A DNA stretch of 64,000 nucleotides from an uncultured Actinomycetota bacterium. Lineage in GTDB: Bacteria; Actinomycetota; Actinomycetes; Mycobacteriales; Mycobacteriaceae. The stretch is taken from NCBI GenBank assembly GCA_963713225.1, contig CAVQLB010000010.1, positions 25,686 through 89,685 of the forward strand, given 5' to 3'. The position numbers and the translations under genes were made by a program. Positions 38,003-49,272 of the stretch are shown here, in pieces; the first letter of the stretch is position 1; each line of letters begins with the position of its first letter. The notes below the pieces were generated by a model. It was not told the origin of the DNA. It saw only the letters and a program-made list of their open reading frames with translations, and ran no database searches.

Positions 38003-38728
38003 GTGGGCTACCGCGAATTCCCGCCGCCGTCGCGGCTCCGCGAGCTCGTGGAGTGTTCGTGGATCGTGGACGGGCCGGCCGAGCCGGTCCGGGTGTTGCC
38101 CGACGGCTGCATGGATCTCATCAGAATGGCCGGCCGGGTCGTCGTCGCCGGGCCTGACACTGCTGCGTTCGTCAACGCGCGAGGCCGAGACCCGTTCGTG
38201 GGCTTGCGATTTCGTCCAGGTGCGCTGCCCCGGCTGCTCGGTACACCGGCGGCCGAGCTGCGCAACAGCCGCGTTCCGCTGACCGAGCTGGGCATCGCGG
38301 GCAGGCATGACCGATCGTTGGTCGAGCTGGCCACCGCACTGTCGTCCGACGACCCGACGAACGAGACGGCGCCCTGGTCGCTGCCGCAGCTGCGCCAGAT
38401 CACCGACCGTTTCGGCACAGGCGCCGCGGTGGCCGACGTGGCAGCTGAGGTCGGCTGGTCGACCCGCACGCTGCAACGCCAGTGCTCGGCGGTCTATGGC
38501 TACGGGCCGTCGACACTTCGGCGCATCCTGCGACTCCGCCGCGCAGTCCGATTGTTGCGTCAGGGAGCGTCGTCCGCGGGCGCCGCTGTGGCGGCCGGTT
38601 ACGCCGACCAACCGCACCTCCATCGTGAAATCCGTGAGCTCACCGGATTGTCGGTCACGGCGCTGCGTCAGGACAACGCGCAGAAGAGGTCGACCGACGT
38701 GCCGTCGGGATCGGTGACGGTCGCGTAG
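38003..38728 (+). CDS. AraC-family regulator
   Basis: VLPDGCMDL; C-terminal STRTLQRQC and AGYADQPHLHRE. Confidence 0.88.
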   Translation: MGYREFPPPSRLRELVECSWIVDGPAEPVRVLPDGCMDLIRMAGRVVVAGPDTAAFVNARGRDPFVGLRFRPGALPRLLGTPAAELRNSRVPLTELGIAGRHDRSLVELATALSSDDPTNETAPWSLPQLRQITDRFGTGAAVADVAAEVGWSTRTLQRQCSAVYGYGPSTLRRILRLRRAVRLLRQGASSAGAAVAAGYADQPHLHREIRELTGLSVTALRQDNAQKRSTDVPSGSVTVA

Positions 38729-39060
38729 CGCTGACCCCAAGGGGCGTCGAACGGCTCCAGCGCACCCGGATGGCCTGCGGCGGTGAGCCGCTCGAAAAGC
38801 GCGTCGACCTCCGCCGGCTTGCTCACCGCGAACGCGAGCGCCACCCGGCCCGGCTGGGTCGGCGGCGTCCAGCCGGGATGCATTCCGGCGATGATCTCCT
38901 CGTTGTCGAATGCCAGCTTGTTGCCGCCGGGGAGTTCGACTTCGACATGCGGACCCTCCGGTTCGGGCACATCCAGGCCCAGCAGTCGGTAGAAGGCGAG
39001 CGCGCGGTGCAGGTCCTTGGTCGCGATCTCGACGACGGTCGATGCCACTCGAATGTCCAT
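38668..39060 (-). CDS. VOC/glyoxalase family protein
   Basis: ALAFYRLLG, PFDAPWGQRYATVTDPDG; TAGCGT 6 nt before the ATG (leaderless). Confidence 0.88.
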   Translation of the reverse strand: MDIRVASTVVEIATKDLHRALAFYRLLGLDVPEPEGPHVEVELPGGNKLAFDNEEIIAGMHPGWTPPTQPGRVALAFAVSKPAEVDALFERLTAAGHPGALEPFDAPWGQRYATVTDPDGTSVDLFCALS

Positions 39061-39138
39061 ACGTTTACGCTAGGTCCGGCCGACCCGTTGCGTCGTGAAC
39101 AAATCGGACACGATCACGCCCTTTGGCGCAATGCGACG

Positions 39139-40261
39139 CTAGTTCTCCCGAATGCCGTCGAGGCGCCTCGTCGCTTCGTCGAAACCCCGGACCAGTTCGG
39201 CGATGATGTCGGCGACGGGACGGATCTCATTCATCCGCCCGACGATCTGGCCGACCGGCATCGCGACGGTGGTCGGGTCACTCGACTCGCTCATCCGCTG
39301 GTGAGCCTCGCTGACGAGGATGTTCTGCAGCGGCATGGGCAATGGCTCCGGCGCGTCCTCGGCATCCCAGGCATCGGTCCACCGGCTCTTGAGAAGCCGC
39401 GCGGGCTTGCCGGTGTAGATGCGTCGGCGCACGGTGTCACTTGATCCGGCGGCCAGCAGCGCCTGCTGAATCACCGACGTGCCGGCCTCTGTGCGCACGC
39501 CGAGGTCGTACTCGGCCGACGTGAGGAACGCCGAACCCATCCATACGCCCTGGGCGCCGAGCGCGAGTGCCGCCGCGACCTGCCGACCGGTGCCGATGCC
39601 GCCTGCCGCGAGCACCGGGGCCCGACCATCTAGGGCGTCAACGATTTCCGGCCACAGCACCATCGACCCGATCTCACCGGTGTGGCCACCGGCCTCGTGT
39701 CCCTGCGCGACGACGATGTCGACGCCGTTCTCGACGTGGCGCTGCGCGTGCTTGGCACTGCCCGCCAGCGCGGCGACCGGGACACCGGCCGCATGCGCCT
39801 GGTCGATCACATCCTTCGGTGGGGAACCGAGCGCGTTGGCGATCAGCTTGATCGGATGCTTCAGCGCCACCTCGACATGCGAGCGGGCCACCGAGTGCAG
39901 CCAGCCGAGCACACCCGCGGAGCGTTCCTCGTCGTCGGGCAGTGGCGGAACCCCGAGATCGGCGAGCGTCTTATCGACGAACTCGCGATGTGCCTGTGGG
40001 ATCAGCTTGTTGATGTCGGCCGATGGTGCCCTCGGTGGGCACCTTGGCGGGCATCACGATGTCGACCCCGTACGGCTTGCCGTCGGTGTTCTCGTCCATC
40101 CAGTTCAGCACGGTGTCGAGCTCGTCGGGATCGTTGAACCGGACGCAGCCGAGCACCCCGAGCCCACCCGCCTTGCTGACCGCGGCGGCGACCTTCTCCG
40201 ACGGCGTGAAGACGAAGATCGGGTAGTCGATGCCGAAGCGGTCACACAGGTCGGTGCGCAT
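39139..40261 (-). pseudogene. Nitronate monooxygenase-family oxidoreductase, frameshifted as assembled (~40023)
   Basis: AVSKAGGLGVLG, then in another frame AQGHEAGGHTG and AAGGIGTG; one extra base. Confidence 0.85.
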
Positions 40262-41919
40262 CTAAGTGCTGGCCCCCGCATGCTTGGCGTGGACGTCGTC
40301 CGCGGGCCGTTCCTCGGTGGTGTCCTTTGCCCAGCGGTAGTCGGGCTTGCCCGCAGGCGATCGCTTCACCTCGTCGACAAGCCAAAGACTGCGCGGCACT
40401 TTGTATCCCGCGATCTCGCTGCGCACGAAGGTGTCGAGCTCGGCCAGCGTCGGGCGGGTGCCGTCCCTGGCCTGCACGACGGCGGCGACGTGCTGGCCGA
40501 ACCGGGGATCGGGCACGCCGACCACCAGCGCGTCGAACACGTCGGGATGGCCCTTGAGCGCGGCCTCCACCTCTTCGGGGTAGATCTTCTCGCCACCGCT
40601 GTTGATGGACACCGAACCGCGGCCCAGCATCGTCACGCTGCCGTCCGCCTCGACCTCGGCGTAGTCACCCGGGATCGCGTACCGCACACCGTTGAACGTC
40701 TTGAACGTCTCCGCGGTCTTCTTCTCGTCCTTGAAGTAGCCGACCGGGATGTTGACCGCTCTTCGCGATGAGGCCGCGCACGCCGGAGCCCGGGTTCACC
40801 TCGTTGCCGTCCTCGTCGAGAACGACGGTGCTCTTGTCGATCGTGACGCGCGGGCCGCCGGTGTGCGACTGCCCTTTGGCCACGACACTGGTGCCGCCGA
40901 AGCCGGTCTCCGACGAGCCGATCGAGTCGGTGATGATCCGGTTGGGCAGCAGCTCGAGGAACTTCTCCTTGATGCTGGTGGAGAACAGCGCGGCGGTGCT
41001 GGCGAGCAGGAACAGGCGACGACAGGTCGTACTCATTGCCGGCGTCCTGCAAGTGGCAAGTAGCGCATCGAGCAGCGGCCGGGCCATCGCGTCGCCGGTG
41101 AAGAACAGCAGGTTCACCTTGTGCTGGTGGATCATTCGCCAGATCTCGTCGGCGTCGAATTCCGGCGTGAGCACCACGGTGTGACCCGGAGAACAGCGAC
41201 ATCCAGGTCGCCGACTGCGTGGCCCCGTGGATCATCGGCGGGATCGGCAGCCGGATCATCGGCGCGTTCTCGGCGGCCGCCTTTGCCAGGTCGTACTCGT
41301 CCTCGACGGGTTCTCCCGTCGCGAAGTCGGTGCCGCCGAACAACACTCGGTAGATGTCCTCGTGGCGCCACATCACACCCTTGGGGAAGCCGGTGGTGCC
41401 GCCGGTGTACAGCAGGTAGATGTCGTCGGCGCTGCGCTCGCCGAAGTCGCGCTCAGGCGAGCCCTGCTCCAGTGCGGAGTAGAACTCGACGCCGCCGTAG
41501 CGCTGGTAGTCGTCATCGCTGCCGTCCTCGACCACCAGGATGGTCTTGACCTTCGGCGTCTCCGGTAGCACGTTGGCGACTCGGTCGGCGTAGCGACGCT
41601 CATGCACCAGCGCGACCATGTCCGAGTTGTCGAACAGATACTTCAACTCGCCCTCGACGTAGCGGAAGTTGACGTTGACGAGGATGGCGCCGGCCTTGAC
41701 GATGCCGAGCATCGCGATGACGATCTCGATGCGGTTCCGGCAGTACAGGCCGACCTTGTCGTCCTTCTTGACGCCCTGGTCGATGAGGTAGTGCGCAAGG
41801 CGGTTGGCCTTCTCCTCCAGCTGGGCATACGTCAGCTGTTCGTCGCCGCTGATGAGGGCGACACGGTCAGGCACGGCATCGATGGCGTGCTCGGCAAGAT
41901 CGGCGATATTCAGGGCCAC
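40262..41919 (-). pseudogene. fadD19: Acyl-CoA ligase FadD19, about four single-base indels as assembled (~41186, ~41055, ~41016, ~40754)
   Basis: VALNIADLAEHA, YTGGTTGFPKG, IGSSETG, GGEKIYPEEVE spread over several frames. Confidence 0.85.
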
Positions 41920-41930
41920 AGGACCTAAAC

Positions 41931-41944
41931 TAGAACGTGTTACA
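41931..41944. promoter_or_regulatory. KstR operator in the divergent fadD19/echA19 spacer
   Basis: TAGAACGTGTTACA, identical to 34056-34069. Confidence 0.85.
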
Positions 41945-41988
41945 TTTCGAGACAAGTCTGTGGCATCGATGCTGGAAGGCGGATCCCC

Positions 41989-42801
41989 TTGAGCGAGTCC
42001 CACGTAAGCAAAGTGGCTGGCCCCGACGCCCTCATTGAGCAGCGCGGACACACCCTGATCCTGACGCTGAACCGGCCAGAGGCGCGCAACGCGCTTTCCA
42101 CCGAGATGCTCTCGATCATGGTCGAGGCCTGGGACCGGGTCGACAACGATCCCGACATCAGGAGCTGCATCCTGACCGGGGCGGGCGGGTACTTCTGCGC
42201 CGGCATGGACCTCAAGGCGGCGACGGCCAAGCCACCGGGCGACTCGTTCAAGGACGGCAGCTACGACCCGTCGCGCATCGACGCCCTGCTGAAGGGACGC
42301 AGGCTGACCAAGCCGCTGATCGCCGCCGTCGAGGGACCTGCGATCGCGGGTGGCACCGAGATTCTGCAGGGCACCGATATCCGCATCGCGGGTGAGAGCG
42401 CCAAGTTCGGCATCTCCGAAGCCAAGTGGAGCCTGTACCCGATGGGCGGCTCCGCGGTGCGGCTGGTGCGGCAGATCCCTTACACCGTGGCGTGCGATCT
42501 GCTGCTCACCGGACGGCACATCAAGGCCGCCGAGGCCAAGGAGATGGGCCTGATCGGCTATGTCGTTCCCGACGGTCAGGCGCTGGAGAAGGCGCTCGAG
42601 ATCGCCGAGGTGATCAACAACAACGGGCCGCTTGCGGTGCAGGCGATCCTGAAGACGATCCACGAAACCGAGGGCCTGCACGAGAACGACGCCTTCAAGA
42701 TCGACACCAAGACCGGCATCACGGTGTTCCTGTCCGACGACGCCAAGGAAGGCCCGTTGGCGTTCAAGGAGAAGCGCGCGCCCAACTTCCAGATGAAGTA
42801 G
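41989..42801 (+). CDS. echA19: Enoyl-CoA hydratase
   Basis: [26 protein letters not shown]; divergent from fadD19. Confidence 0.9.
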   Translation: MSESHVSKVAGPDALIEQRGHTLILTLNRPEARNALSTEMLSIMVEAWDRVDNDPDIRSCILTGAGGYFCAGMDLKAATAKPPGDSFKDGSYDPSRIDALLKGRRLTKPLIAAVEGPAIAGGTEILQGTDIRIAGESAKFGISEAKWSLYPMGGSAVRLVRQIPYTVACDLLLTGRHIKAAEAKEMGLIGYVVPDGQALEKALEIAEVINNNGPLAVQAILKTIHETEGLHENDAFKIDTKTGITVFLSDDAKEGPLAFKEKRAPNFQMK

Positions 42802-42815
42802 GCGACGTCGCTCGG

Positions 42816-42896
42816 CGAACGTGAAACCTCTGCGAATTTCGCGCCGGTTTGTTGCGGCAAAACGCGAGTAAACGCCGCAACAAACGACACACTCGA
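42816..42896. repeat. REP-like intergenic element, copy B, with a 12-bp internal stem
   Basis: Begins CGAACGTGAAACC and ends CACACTCGA like copy A; stem GTTTGTTGCGGC (42847-42858) / GCCGCAACAAAC (42874-42885). Confidence 0.6.
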
Positions 42897-42900
42897 CGGC

Positions 42901-43554
42901 ATGTACGACCTGGAAGAGGCAATCGCAGAGCGGCATTCGACGCGCATGTTCCTGCGCGACAAGCCGGTCTCACCAGACCTTGTCTCCGAAGCCCTCGCCC
43001 TCGCGATGCGAGCGCCGTCGAACTCCAACATCCAGCCGTGGCACCTGATCCTGGCCTCCGGCCCGGCCAGGGACCGCCTCGTCGAGGCCCTGCTCGAGGT
43101 GGCCGCCGTCGAGTCACCGAGTGTGCCGGTGCTGCCGGACGCCTTTGCACACATGCGGCGCGATCTCGGCGCGCTGGTCTACGGGTCGATGGGCATTTCC
43201 CGCCATGACGCCGAGGGTCGACGCATCGCCGTCCTGCGCAACTGGGAGTTCTTCCGGGCACCCTTGGCCGGAATCGTCTGCATGCACCGCGATCTCGACC
43301 ACGTCGACGCGCTGGGCGTCGGCATGTTCATCCAGACGCTGCTGCTCGCGTTGACGGCCCGCGGTCTTGGTACCTGCGTGCAGGTGTCGATCGCGGGCTA
43401 TCCGGATGTCGTGCGCGACCAGCTGAACATCAGCGAGGACATGCGGATCCTGTGCGGTCTCGCGATCGGCTACCCGGATCCGGCGTTCCCCGGCAACGCG
43501 ATTCGGGTGCCGCGCAATCCTGTCGAAGAGAACGTCGTGTTCGTCGACAGTTAG
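42901..43554 (+). CDS. Nitroreductase family protein
   Basis: ERHSTRMF, RAPSNSNIQPW, GLGTCVQ, AIGYPD. Confidence 0.9.
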   Translation: MYDLEEAIAERHSTRMFLRDKPVSPDLVSEALALAMRAPSNSNIQPWHLILASGPARDRLVEALLEVAAVESPSVPVLPDAFAHMRRDLGALVYGSMGISRHDAEGRRIAVLRNWEFFRAPLAGIVCMHRDLDHVDALGVGMFIQTLLLALTARGLGTCVQVSIAGYPDVVRDQLNISEDMRILCGLAIGYPDPAFPGNAIRVPRNPVEENVVFVDS

Positions 43555-44747
43555 ACGCCGAGCGGCTTCGTCGGGGTGAACTTCACCGGCATCTTCTCCA
43601 GCCCGCTGACGAAGTTGGCTGGGCGAAGCGGCAATTCGGCGTCGGAGGCCAGTCGGAGGTCCGGCAGCCGCTTCAGCAGTCGCTCAGACATCAACGAGAG
43701 CTCCAGGCGGGCCAGCTGATTGCCCAGGCAGAAATGGGTGCCGAAGCCGAACGCCAAGTGGTTGTTCGGGTAGCGGGTGATGTCGAACTGCTCGGGGTTG
43801 TCGAACACCTTCTCGTCGAAGTTGGCGGACTCGAAGAGCAGGATCATCTTCTCGCCCTGCTTGAGTTGGGTGCCGTGGAACTCGGTGTCGGCAGTGATGG
43901 TCCGGGCCATGTTCTTCACCGGGGCGGTCCAGCGCAGCATCTCTTCGATCGCGTTGGGAAGCAGGTCCAGGTCTTTGATCAGCCGCTGGTGCTGATCGGG
44001 GTGGCGCAACAGCTGCCTGGTGCCACCCGACAGCGTGTGCCGGGTGGTCTCGTCGCCGCCGATCAGCAGGAGCAGCACCTCGGTGACGATCTGGTGGTCC
44101 TCGAGCTTCTCGCCCTCCACTTCGGCGTGCACGAGGACACTGACGAGGTCGTCGGTCGGCTGCTCCTTGCGCTCAGCGATCATGCCGTTCATGTACGCGC
44201 CGTAGGCCGCGAAGGCGTCCATCGTGACCTGGACCTTCTCGGGGTCGGCCGTGCTGCTCAAGGCGCCGACCAGGTCGTCGGACCACTTGAGAAACATCTC
44301 GCGTTCCTCGGGACGTACCCCGAGCATGTCGCCGATGACCGCCATCGGCAGCGGCGCGGCGATGTCCCAGACGAAGTCGCACTCACCTCGTTCGCAGACC
44401 GCATCGATCAGCGTGTCACACAGCGAAATAATGGATCCCTCAAGGTCTTTCACACGCTTGCGGGTGAAACCCGAGTTCACGAGCTTGCGCCGCAACAGAT
44501 GTTGCGGATCGTCCATCTCGATCATCATCTCGACGCCCGGCTGATCCGGCCGGATGCCGCCCGCGTTGGAGAACAGCTCCGGGTTCCGCTCGGCCTCGAT
44601 CACCGCCGCGTACGTGGCGGCGGCGGCCAGGCCGTTGCGATCCCGGAACACCGGCTCGTTCTCGCGCATCCAGCGGTAAACCGACCGCGAATCGCCTGCG
44701 TAGAAATCGCCGTCGGTCAGGTCAACGTCGGGTCTGGTAAGGGTCAT
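43551..44747 (-). CDS. cyp142: Cholest-4-en-3-one 26-monooxygenase P450
   Basis: MDDPQH, IGGDETTR, EEMLRW, AFGFGTHFCLG; synteny with echA19 and Rv3519. Start may be 44759. Confidence 0.92.
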   Translation of the reverse strand: MTLTRPDVDLTDGDFYAGDSRSVYRWMRENEPVFRDRNGLAAAATYAAVIEAERNPELFSNAGGIRPDQPGVEMMIEMDDPQHLLRRKLVNSGFTRKRVKDLEGSIISLCDTLIDAVCERGECDFVWDIAAPLPMAVIGDMLGVRPEEREMFLKWSDDLVGALSSTADPEKVQVTMDAFAAYGAYMNGMIAERKEQPTDDLVSVLVHAEVEGEKLEDHQIVTEVLLLLIGGDETTRHTLSGGTRQLLRHPDQHQRLIKDLDLLPNAIEEMLRWTAPVKNMARTITADTEFHGTQLKQGEKMILLFESANFDEKVFDNPEQFDITRYPNNHLAFGFGTHFCLGNQLARLELSLMSERLLKRLPDLRLASDAELPLRPANFVSGLEKMPVKFTPTKPLGV

Positions 44748-44858
44748 GCCTGCCTCCATCGCTTGATAAGGGAATCTAGACGACGCGTCAATCCCGGTGG
44801 ACGGCCAACAGGGTGAAGCCCCCGCAGACCGTCGGATCTGCGATTACCGTCATCGCGC

Positions 44859-45371
44859 ATGGCGGCCAGCAGAACCACATTCGTCATCGTCGTGCTCGCG
44901 GCGGCCGCGGCGCTCGCCGGATGCGGCGACGAAAAGACGCCGGCCTCGGAAGAGTCGCCCCAACCCAGTGCGGCCACCGCGGCGGGCGGCATCGACGCGT
45001 GCAAGCTGCTCAGCGGCGACGACATCGCCAAACTGCTCGGCAGCCCGATCGAGGGCAAGCCGCTCGGCGCGGATCCCGAGATGCCCGCCTGCACCTGGGA
45101 GAACCGGGACACCTACGAGTCGGTCACGGTGGAGATCGGCAACCCGGGCACGGCGATCAACGGCACGCTTCCGCCGCCTGAACCGGGCTTCCCCGAGGTC
45201 GGCACTCCGGGCCCGGACGGGATGCGGTTCCTGGCCAGCGGCATGGTCGAGTTCCCTGCGGGTGGCCGCTCGAACACCGTGCAGGTCGCGGTGCTGTCCC
45301 TGCTGGGTGAGGCGGCCGACAACGCCGCCGTCGACCTGGCTCGCAAGATCGGGCCCCAACTGCCGCAGTAG
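44859..45371 (+). CDS. Lipoprotein, DUF3558-like
   Basis: Lipobox LAGC; DACKLLS and ACTW Cys pair. Confidence 0.75.
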   Translation: MAASRTTFVIVVLAAAAALAGCGDEKTPASEESPQPSAATAAGGIDACKLLSGDDIAKLLGSPIEGKPLGADPEMPACTWENRDTYESVTVEIGNPGTAINGTLPPPEPGFPEVGTPGPDGMRFLASGMVEFPAGGRSNTVQVAVLSLLGEAADNAAVDLARKIGPQLPQ

Positions 45372-45391
45372 CGGAACTACAGTGACCGACC

Positions 45392-46110
45392 ATGCCTGAG
45401 TCTCAGCACACGATCGCCGGCACCGTGCTCACCATGCCGGTCAGGGTCCGCAAGGCCGACGCTGCACACCGCGATGTTCTCCGTCGATGCCGATGCGGCG
45501 CAGAAGCTCATCGATTACAGCGGACTTCAGGTGTGCCAGCACCGGCCCGGTCGCGCCATCGTCAACTTGATGCTGGCCCGCTACTTCGACGGTGACCTCG
45601 GCCCGTACAACGAGTTCGCGACCTGCGTCATGGTCAATCCGCACGGCTCGAGTGCGGGCGGGCTGCGAGCGCTCGGCGCCGCCGGCGCCTTCGTCCACCA
45701 CATGACGGTCGACCAGGCTTTCACTCTGGAGGCAGGCAGACGAATCTGGGGTTACCCGAAGATCATGTCGGACTTCACCGTTCGGGAGGACCGTCCGTTC
45801 GGGTTCGACGTCAGCGTCGACGGCTCGCTGATCGCCGACATGGAGTTCGGCCGCGGGCTGCCGGTGCCCCACGGAGCTCTCAGCGGATCGCTTCTGACGT
45901 ATACCCACCTCGACGGAACGACTCGCGAAACGCGGGCAATCCAGCGGACTTCGGGCGTGCGCGGCCGGATCTCCGGCGCGAAGTTGCGGCTCGGCGATCA
46001 CCCCATCGCCAAGGAGCTGGCCTCTTTGGGGCTGCCCAAGCGGGCGCTCGTGTCGATATCGGTCAGCCAACGTCGACATGACCTTCGGCGACGCGCAACC
46101 CGTCGACTAG
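45392..46110 (+). pseudogene. Acetoacetate decarboxylase-like protein (Rv3519-like), frameshifts at ~45461 and ~46065 as assembled
   Basis: MPESQHTIAGTVLTMPV; GDLGPYNEF, IWGYPK; tail NVDMTFGDAQPVD* in another frame. Confidence 0.8.
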
Positions 46111-47139
46111 ACCAGGGTGGCCAGCTCCCGGATCTGATCCGCGTTACGGCCCGTCACCAGCATCATCGTGACACCGGATGCTTCCCACACCTTGATCTGC
46201 TCACGCACGTAATCGAGGTCGCCGACGATCGCCGCGTCGTCGACGAGCTCGTCGGGAATCACCTTCGCGGCCTCGTCCTTGCGATCGGTCCGGAACAGGG
46301 TCGTCACGTCGTCGACGACTTCGGCGTAGCCCATCCGGCGATACACGTCGGCGTGGAAGTTGGTGTCCTCGGCGCCCATTCCGCCCATGTACAACGCCAG
46401 GAACGGCTTCATCGCCTCGAAGGCGGCGCTGCGGTCGTCGGTGATCACGATGTTGGCGGTGGCGCAGATCTCGAAATCCTCGCGACTACGACGCGCGCCC
46501 GGCCTGGCGAAGCCCTCGTCAAGCCACTCGTTGTAGGTGTCGGCCATCCGCGGCGTGTAGAAGATCGGCAGCCAGCCGTCGCAGATCTCCGCGGCCATCG
46601 CCACATTCTTCGGGCCTTCTGCGCCCAGCATGATCGGGATGTCGGCACGCAGCGGATGCGTGATCGGCTTGAGCGACTTGCCCAGCCCGGTGGTGCCCTC
46701 ACCCGTCAGCGGCAGCGGGTAGTGCGGTCCGTCGCTGGACACCGGCTTCTCCCGCGCCCAGACCTGCCGGATGATGTCGATGTATTCGCGCGTCCGGGCC
46801 AGCGGCTTGGGAAACTTCTGGCCGTACCAGCCCTCGACGACCTGCGGTCCCGACACTCCCAGCCCGAGGATGTGTCGCCCGCCGGACAGGTGGTCCAAGG
46901 TCAGCGATGCCATCGCGCAGGCCGTCGGGGTGCGGGCGGACAGCTGCACCACCGAGGTGCCCAGCCGTAACCGTGAGGTCGCCGAACCCCACCAGGCAAG
47001 GGGGGTGAACGCGTCCGACCCCCACGCCTCCGCGGTGAACACGGTGTCGAAGCCAGCCTCCTCGGCTGCGGCGACCAGTTCGGCGTGCGTTCGCCGGCGG
47101 CTGCGCACCCCAATATCCAAGCTGCAATCCGAGCTTCAT
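46107..47139 (-). pseudogene. F420-dependent LLM oxidoreductase (Rv3520c-like), frameshift at ~47088 as assembled
   Basis: MKLGLQLGYWGAQP, then AEAWGSDAF, LGLGVSGPQVVEGW. Confidence 0.85.
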
Positions 47140-47176
47140 TTAGACCGCCTTTCCGACCCGTCCTTGCGACGATTCT

Positions 47177-47190
47177 TAGAACCTGTTCTA
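47177..47190. promoter_or_regulatory. KstR operator in the divergent Rv3520c/Rv3521 spacer
   Basis: TAGAACCTGTTCTA, exact consensus match. Confidence 0.85.
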
Positions 47191-47199
47191 CTCGATGCT

Positions 47200-48193
47200 G
47201 TGACCGCCAGCCAAAGCAGCCCGGTGCAGATCGACACGCATGAGCCGCCCCTTTCAGCTCCGCTGAGACTGTCCTTCGACTACACCCGTTCAGTCGGACC
47301 CGACCCTCAGCCAGTTCTTCACCGCACTCCGCGACCGACGCATCGTCGGCGTGCGCGGGTCGGATGGTCGGGTGCACGTGCCGCCTGCCGAATACGACCC
47401 CGTCACGTACGACGAGCTGACCGAGATCGTACCGGTGGCCAGCGTCGGAACCGTGGTGTCGTGGACGTGGCAGCCCGAACCGCTGGAAGGCCAGCCGCTT
47501 GATCGTCCGTTCGCGTGGGCGCTGATCAAGCTCGACGGCGCCGACACCGCGTTGCTGCACGCGGTCGATGCAGGCTCGGCCGACGCCATCAGCACCGGCG
47601 CGCGGGTGCACGTGCACTGGGCCGACGAACCGGTGGGCGCGATCACCGACATCGCCTACTTCGCGCTGGGCGACCAGGCCGAAGAGGTTCCCGAAACGAC
47701 CGACGACCGCGACCCGGTGACCATGCTCGTCGTCCCTACCACGATCGAGATCCAGCACACGGCGTCACTTCCGGAGAGCGCGTTCCTGCGGGCGCTCGAG
47801 GAGGGCAAGCTGCTCGGCGCACGAACTGGAAAGGGCGGCAAGGTCTACTTCCCGGCACGGGAAGCCGACCCCGCCACCGGCCAACAGCTCGACGAGTACA
47901 TCGAACTGCCGGACAAGGGCACGGTGACGACGTTCGCGATCATCAACATCCCGTTCGCCGGCCAGCGCATCAAGCCGCCCTACGTCGCGGCGTACGTCCT
48001 GCTCGACGGTGCGGACATCCCGTTCTTGCACTTGGTCACCGAGATCGACGCCGCCGACGTGCGGATGGGCATGCGGGTCGAGGCGGTGTGGAAACCCCGC
48101 GAGGAGTGGGGGCTCGGCATCGACAACATCGACTACTTCCGGCCGACGGGTGAGCCCGACGCCGACTACGACACCTACAAGCACCACCAGTAG
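47200..48193 (+). pseudogene. Tandem DUF35/OB-fold protein (Rv3521-like), frameshift at ~47301 as assembled
   Basis: LSAPLRLSFDYTRSVGP, then RPFAWALIKLDGAD and RIKPPYV. Confidence 0.82.
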
Positions 48194-48205
48194 AGGGACA
48201 TACAA

Positions 48206-49270
48206 GTGACTGATCGCAATGTCGCGGTGGTCGGGTTTGCGCATGCCCCGCATGTGCGCCGCACCGAAGGCACCACCAACGGCGTCGAAATGCTGATGCC
48301 CTGCTTCGCCGAGCTCTACGAGGACCTGGGCCTCAAGCAGACCGACATCGGGTTCTGGTGCTCGGGATCCTCGGATTACCTTGCCGGGCGGGCGTTCTCG
48401 TTCCTGTCTGCCATCGACTCGATCGGCGCGGTCCCGCCGATCAACGAGTCGCACGTGGAGATGGACGCCGCGTGGGCGCTCTACGAGGCCTACATCAAGA
48501 TCCTGACCGGCGCGGTCGACACCGCGCTGGTCTACGGCTTCGGCAAGTCCAGCGCCGGGGTGCTACGCCGGGTGCTGGCGCTGCAGACCGACCCGTACAC
48601 GGTGGCTCCGCTGGTGCCCGACGCCGTCTCGACGGCGGGTCTGCAGGCCCGGTTCGGGCTGGACTCCGGGAAGTGGACCGCCGAGCAGATGGCTCAGGTC
48701 GCGCTGGACTCCATGAGCGCCGCACCCCGCACCGATTCCGTCGAGCCCGCGAGTTCGATCGACGAGCTGCTGGCCCGGCCGTACTTCGCGGATCCGCTGC
48801 GCCGCCACGACATCGCGCCGATCACCGACGGGGCATCGGCGATCGTGCTGGCCGCGGGTGACCGGGCCCGCGAGCTGCGGGAGAACCCCGCCTGGATAAC
48901 GGGTTTCGAGCATCGCATCGAAACCCCGGTGCTGGGTGCCCGCGACCTGACCACGTCACCGTCGACCGAGGCGTCGGCCAAGGCGGCCTTGAACGGCGAC
49001 GCCGGGTCGATCGAGGTGGCCGAGCTCTACGCCCCGTTCACCCATCAGCAGCTGATCCTCACCGAGGCCATCGGGCTGGGTGACTCGACGAAGATCAACC
49101 CGTCCGGTGGCCCGCTCGCCGCCAACCCGATGTTCTCGACCGGCCTGGAGCGCATCGGCTTCGCGGCCCGGCACATCTTCGACGGCTCGGCGCAGCGGGT
49201 GCTGGCGCACGCCACCAGCGGGGCTGCGCTGCAACAGAATCTGGTCGCGGTCATGGAAGGCGGGAAGTAG
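48206..49270 (+). CDS. ltp4: Thiolase-like lipid transfer protein
   Basis: CSGSSDYLAG, ESHVEMD, INPSGG; synteny. Confidence 0.9.
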   Translation: MTDRNVAVVGFAHAPHVRRTEGTTNGVEMLMPCFAELYEDLGLKQTDIGFWCSGSSDYLAGRAFSFLSAIDSIGAVPPINESHVEMDAAWALYEAYIKILTGAVDTALVYGFGKSSAGVLRRVLALQTDPYTVAPLVPDAVSTAGLQARFGLDSGKWTAEQMAQVALDSMSAAPRTDSVEPASSIDELLARPYFADPLRRHDIAPITDGASAIVLAAGDRARELRENPAWITGFEHRIETPVLGARDLTTSPSTEASAKAALNGDAGSIEVAELYAPFTHQQLILTEAIGLGDSTKINPSGGPLAANPMFSTGLERIGFAARHIFDGSAQRVLAHATSGAALQQNLVAVMEGGK

Positions 49271-49272
49271 CG

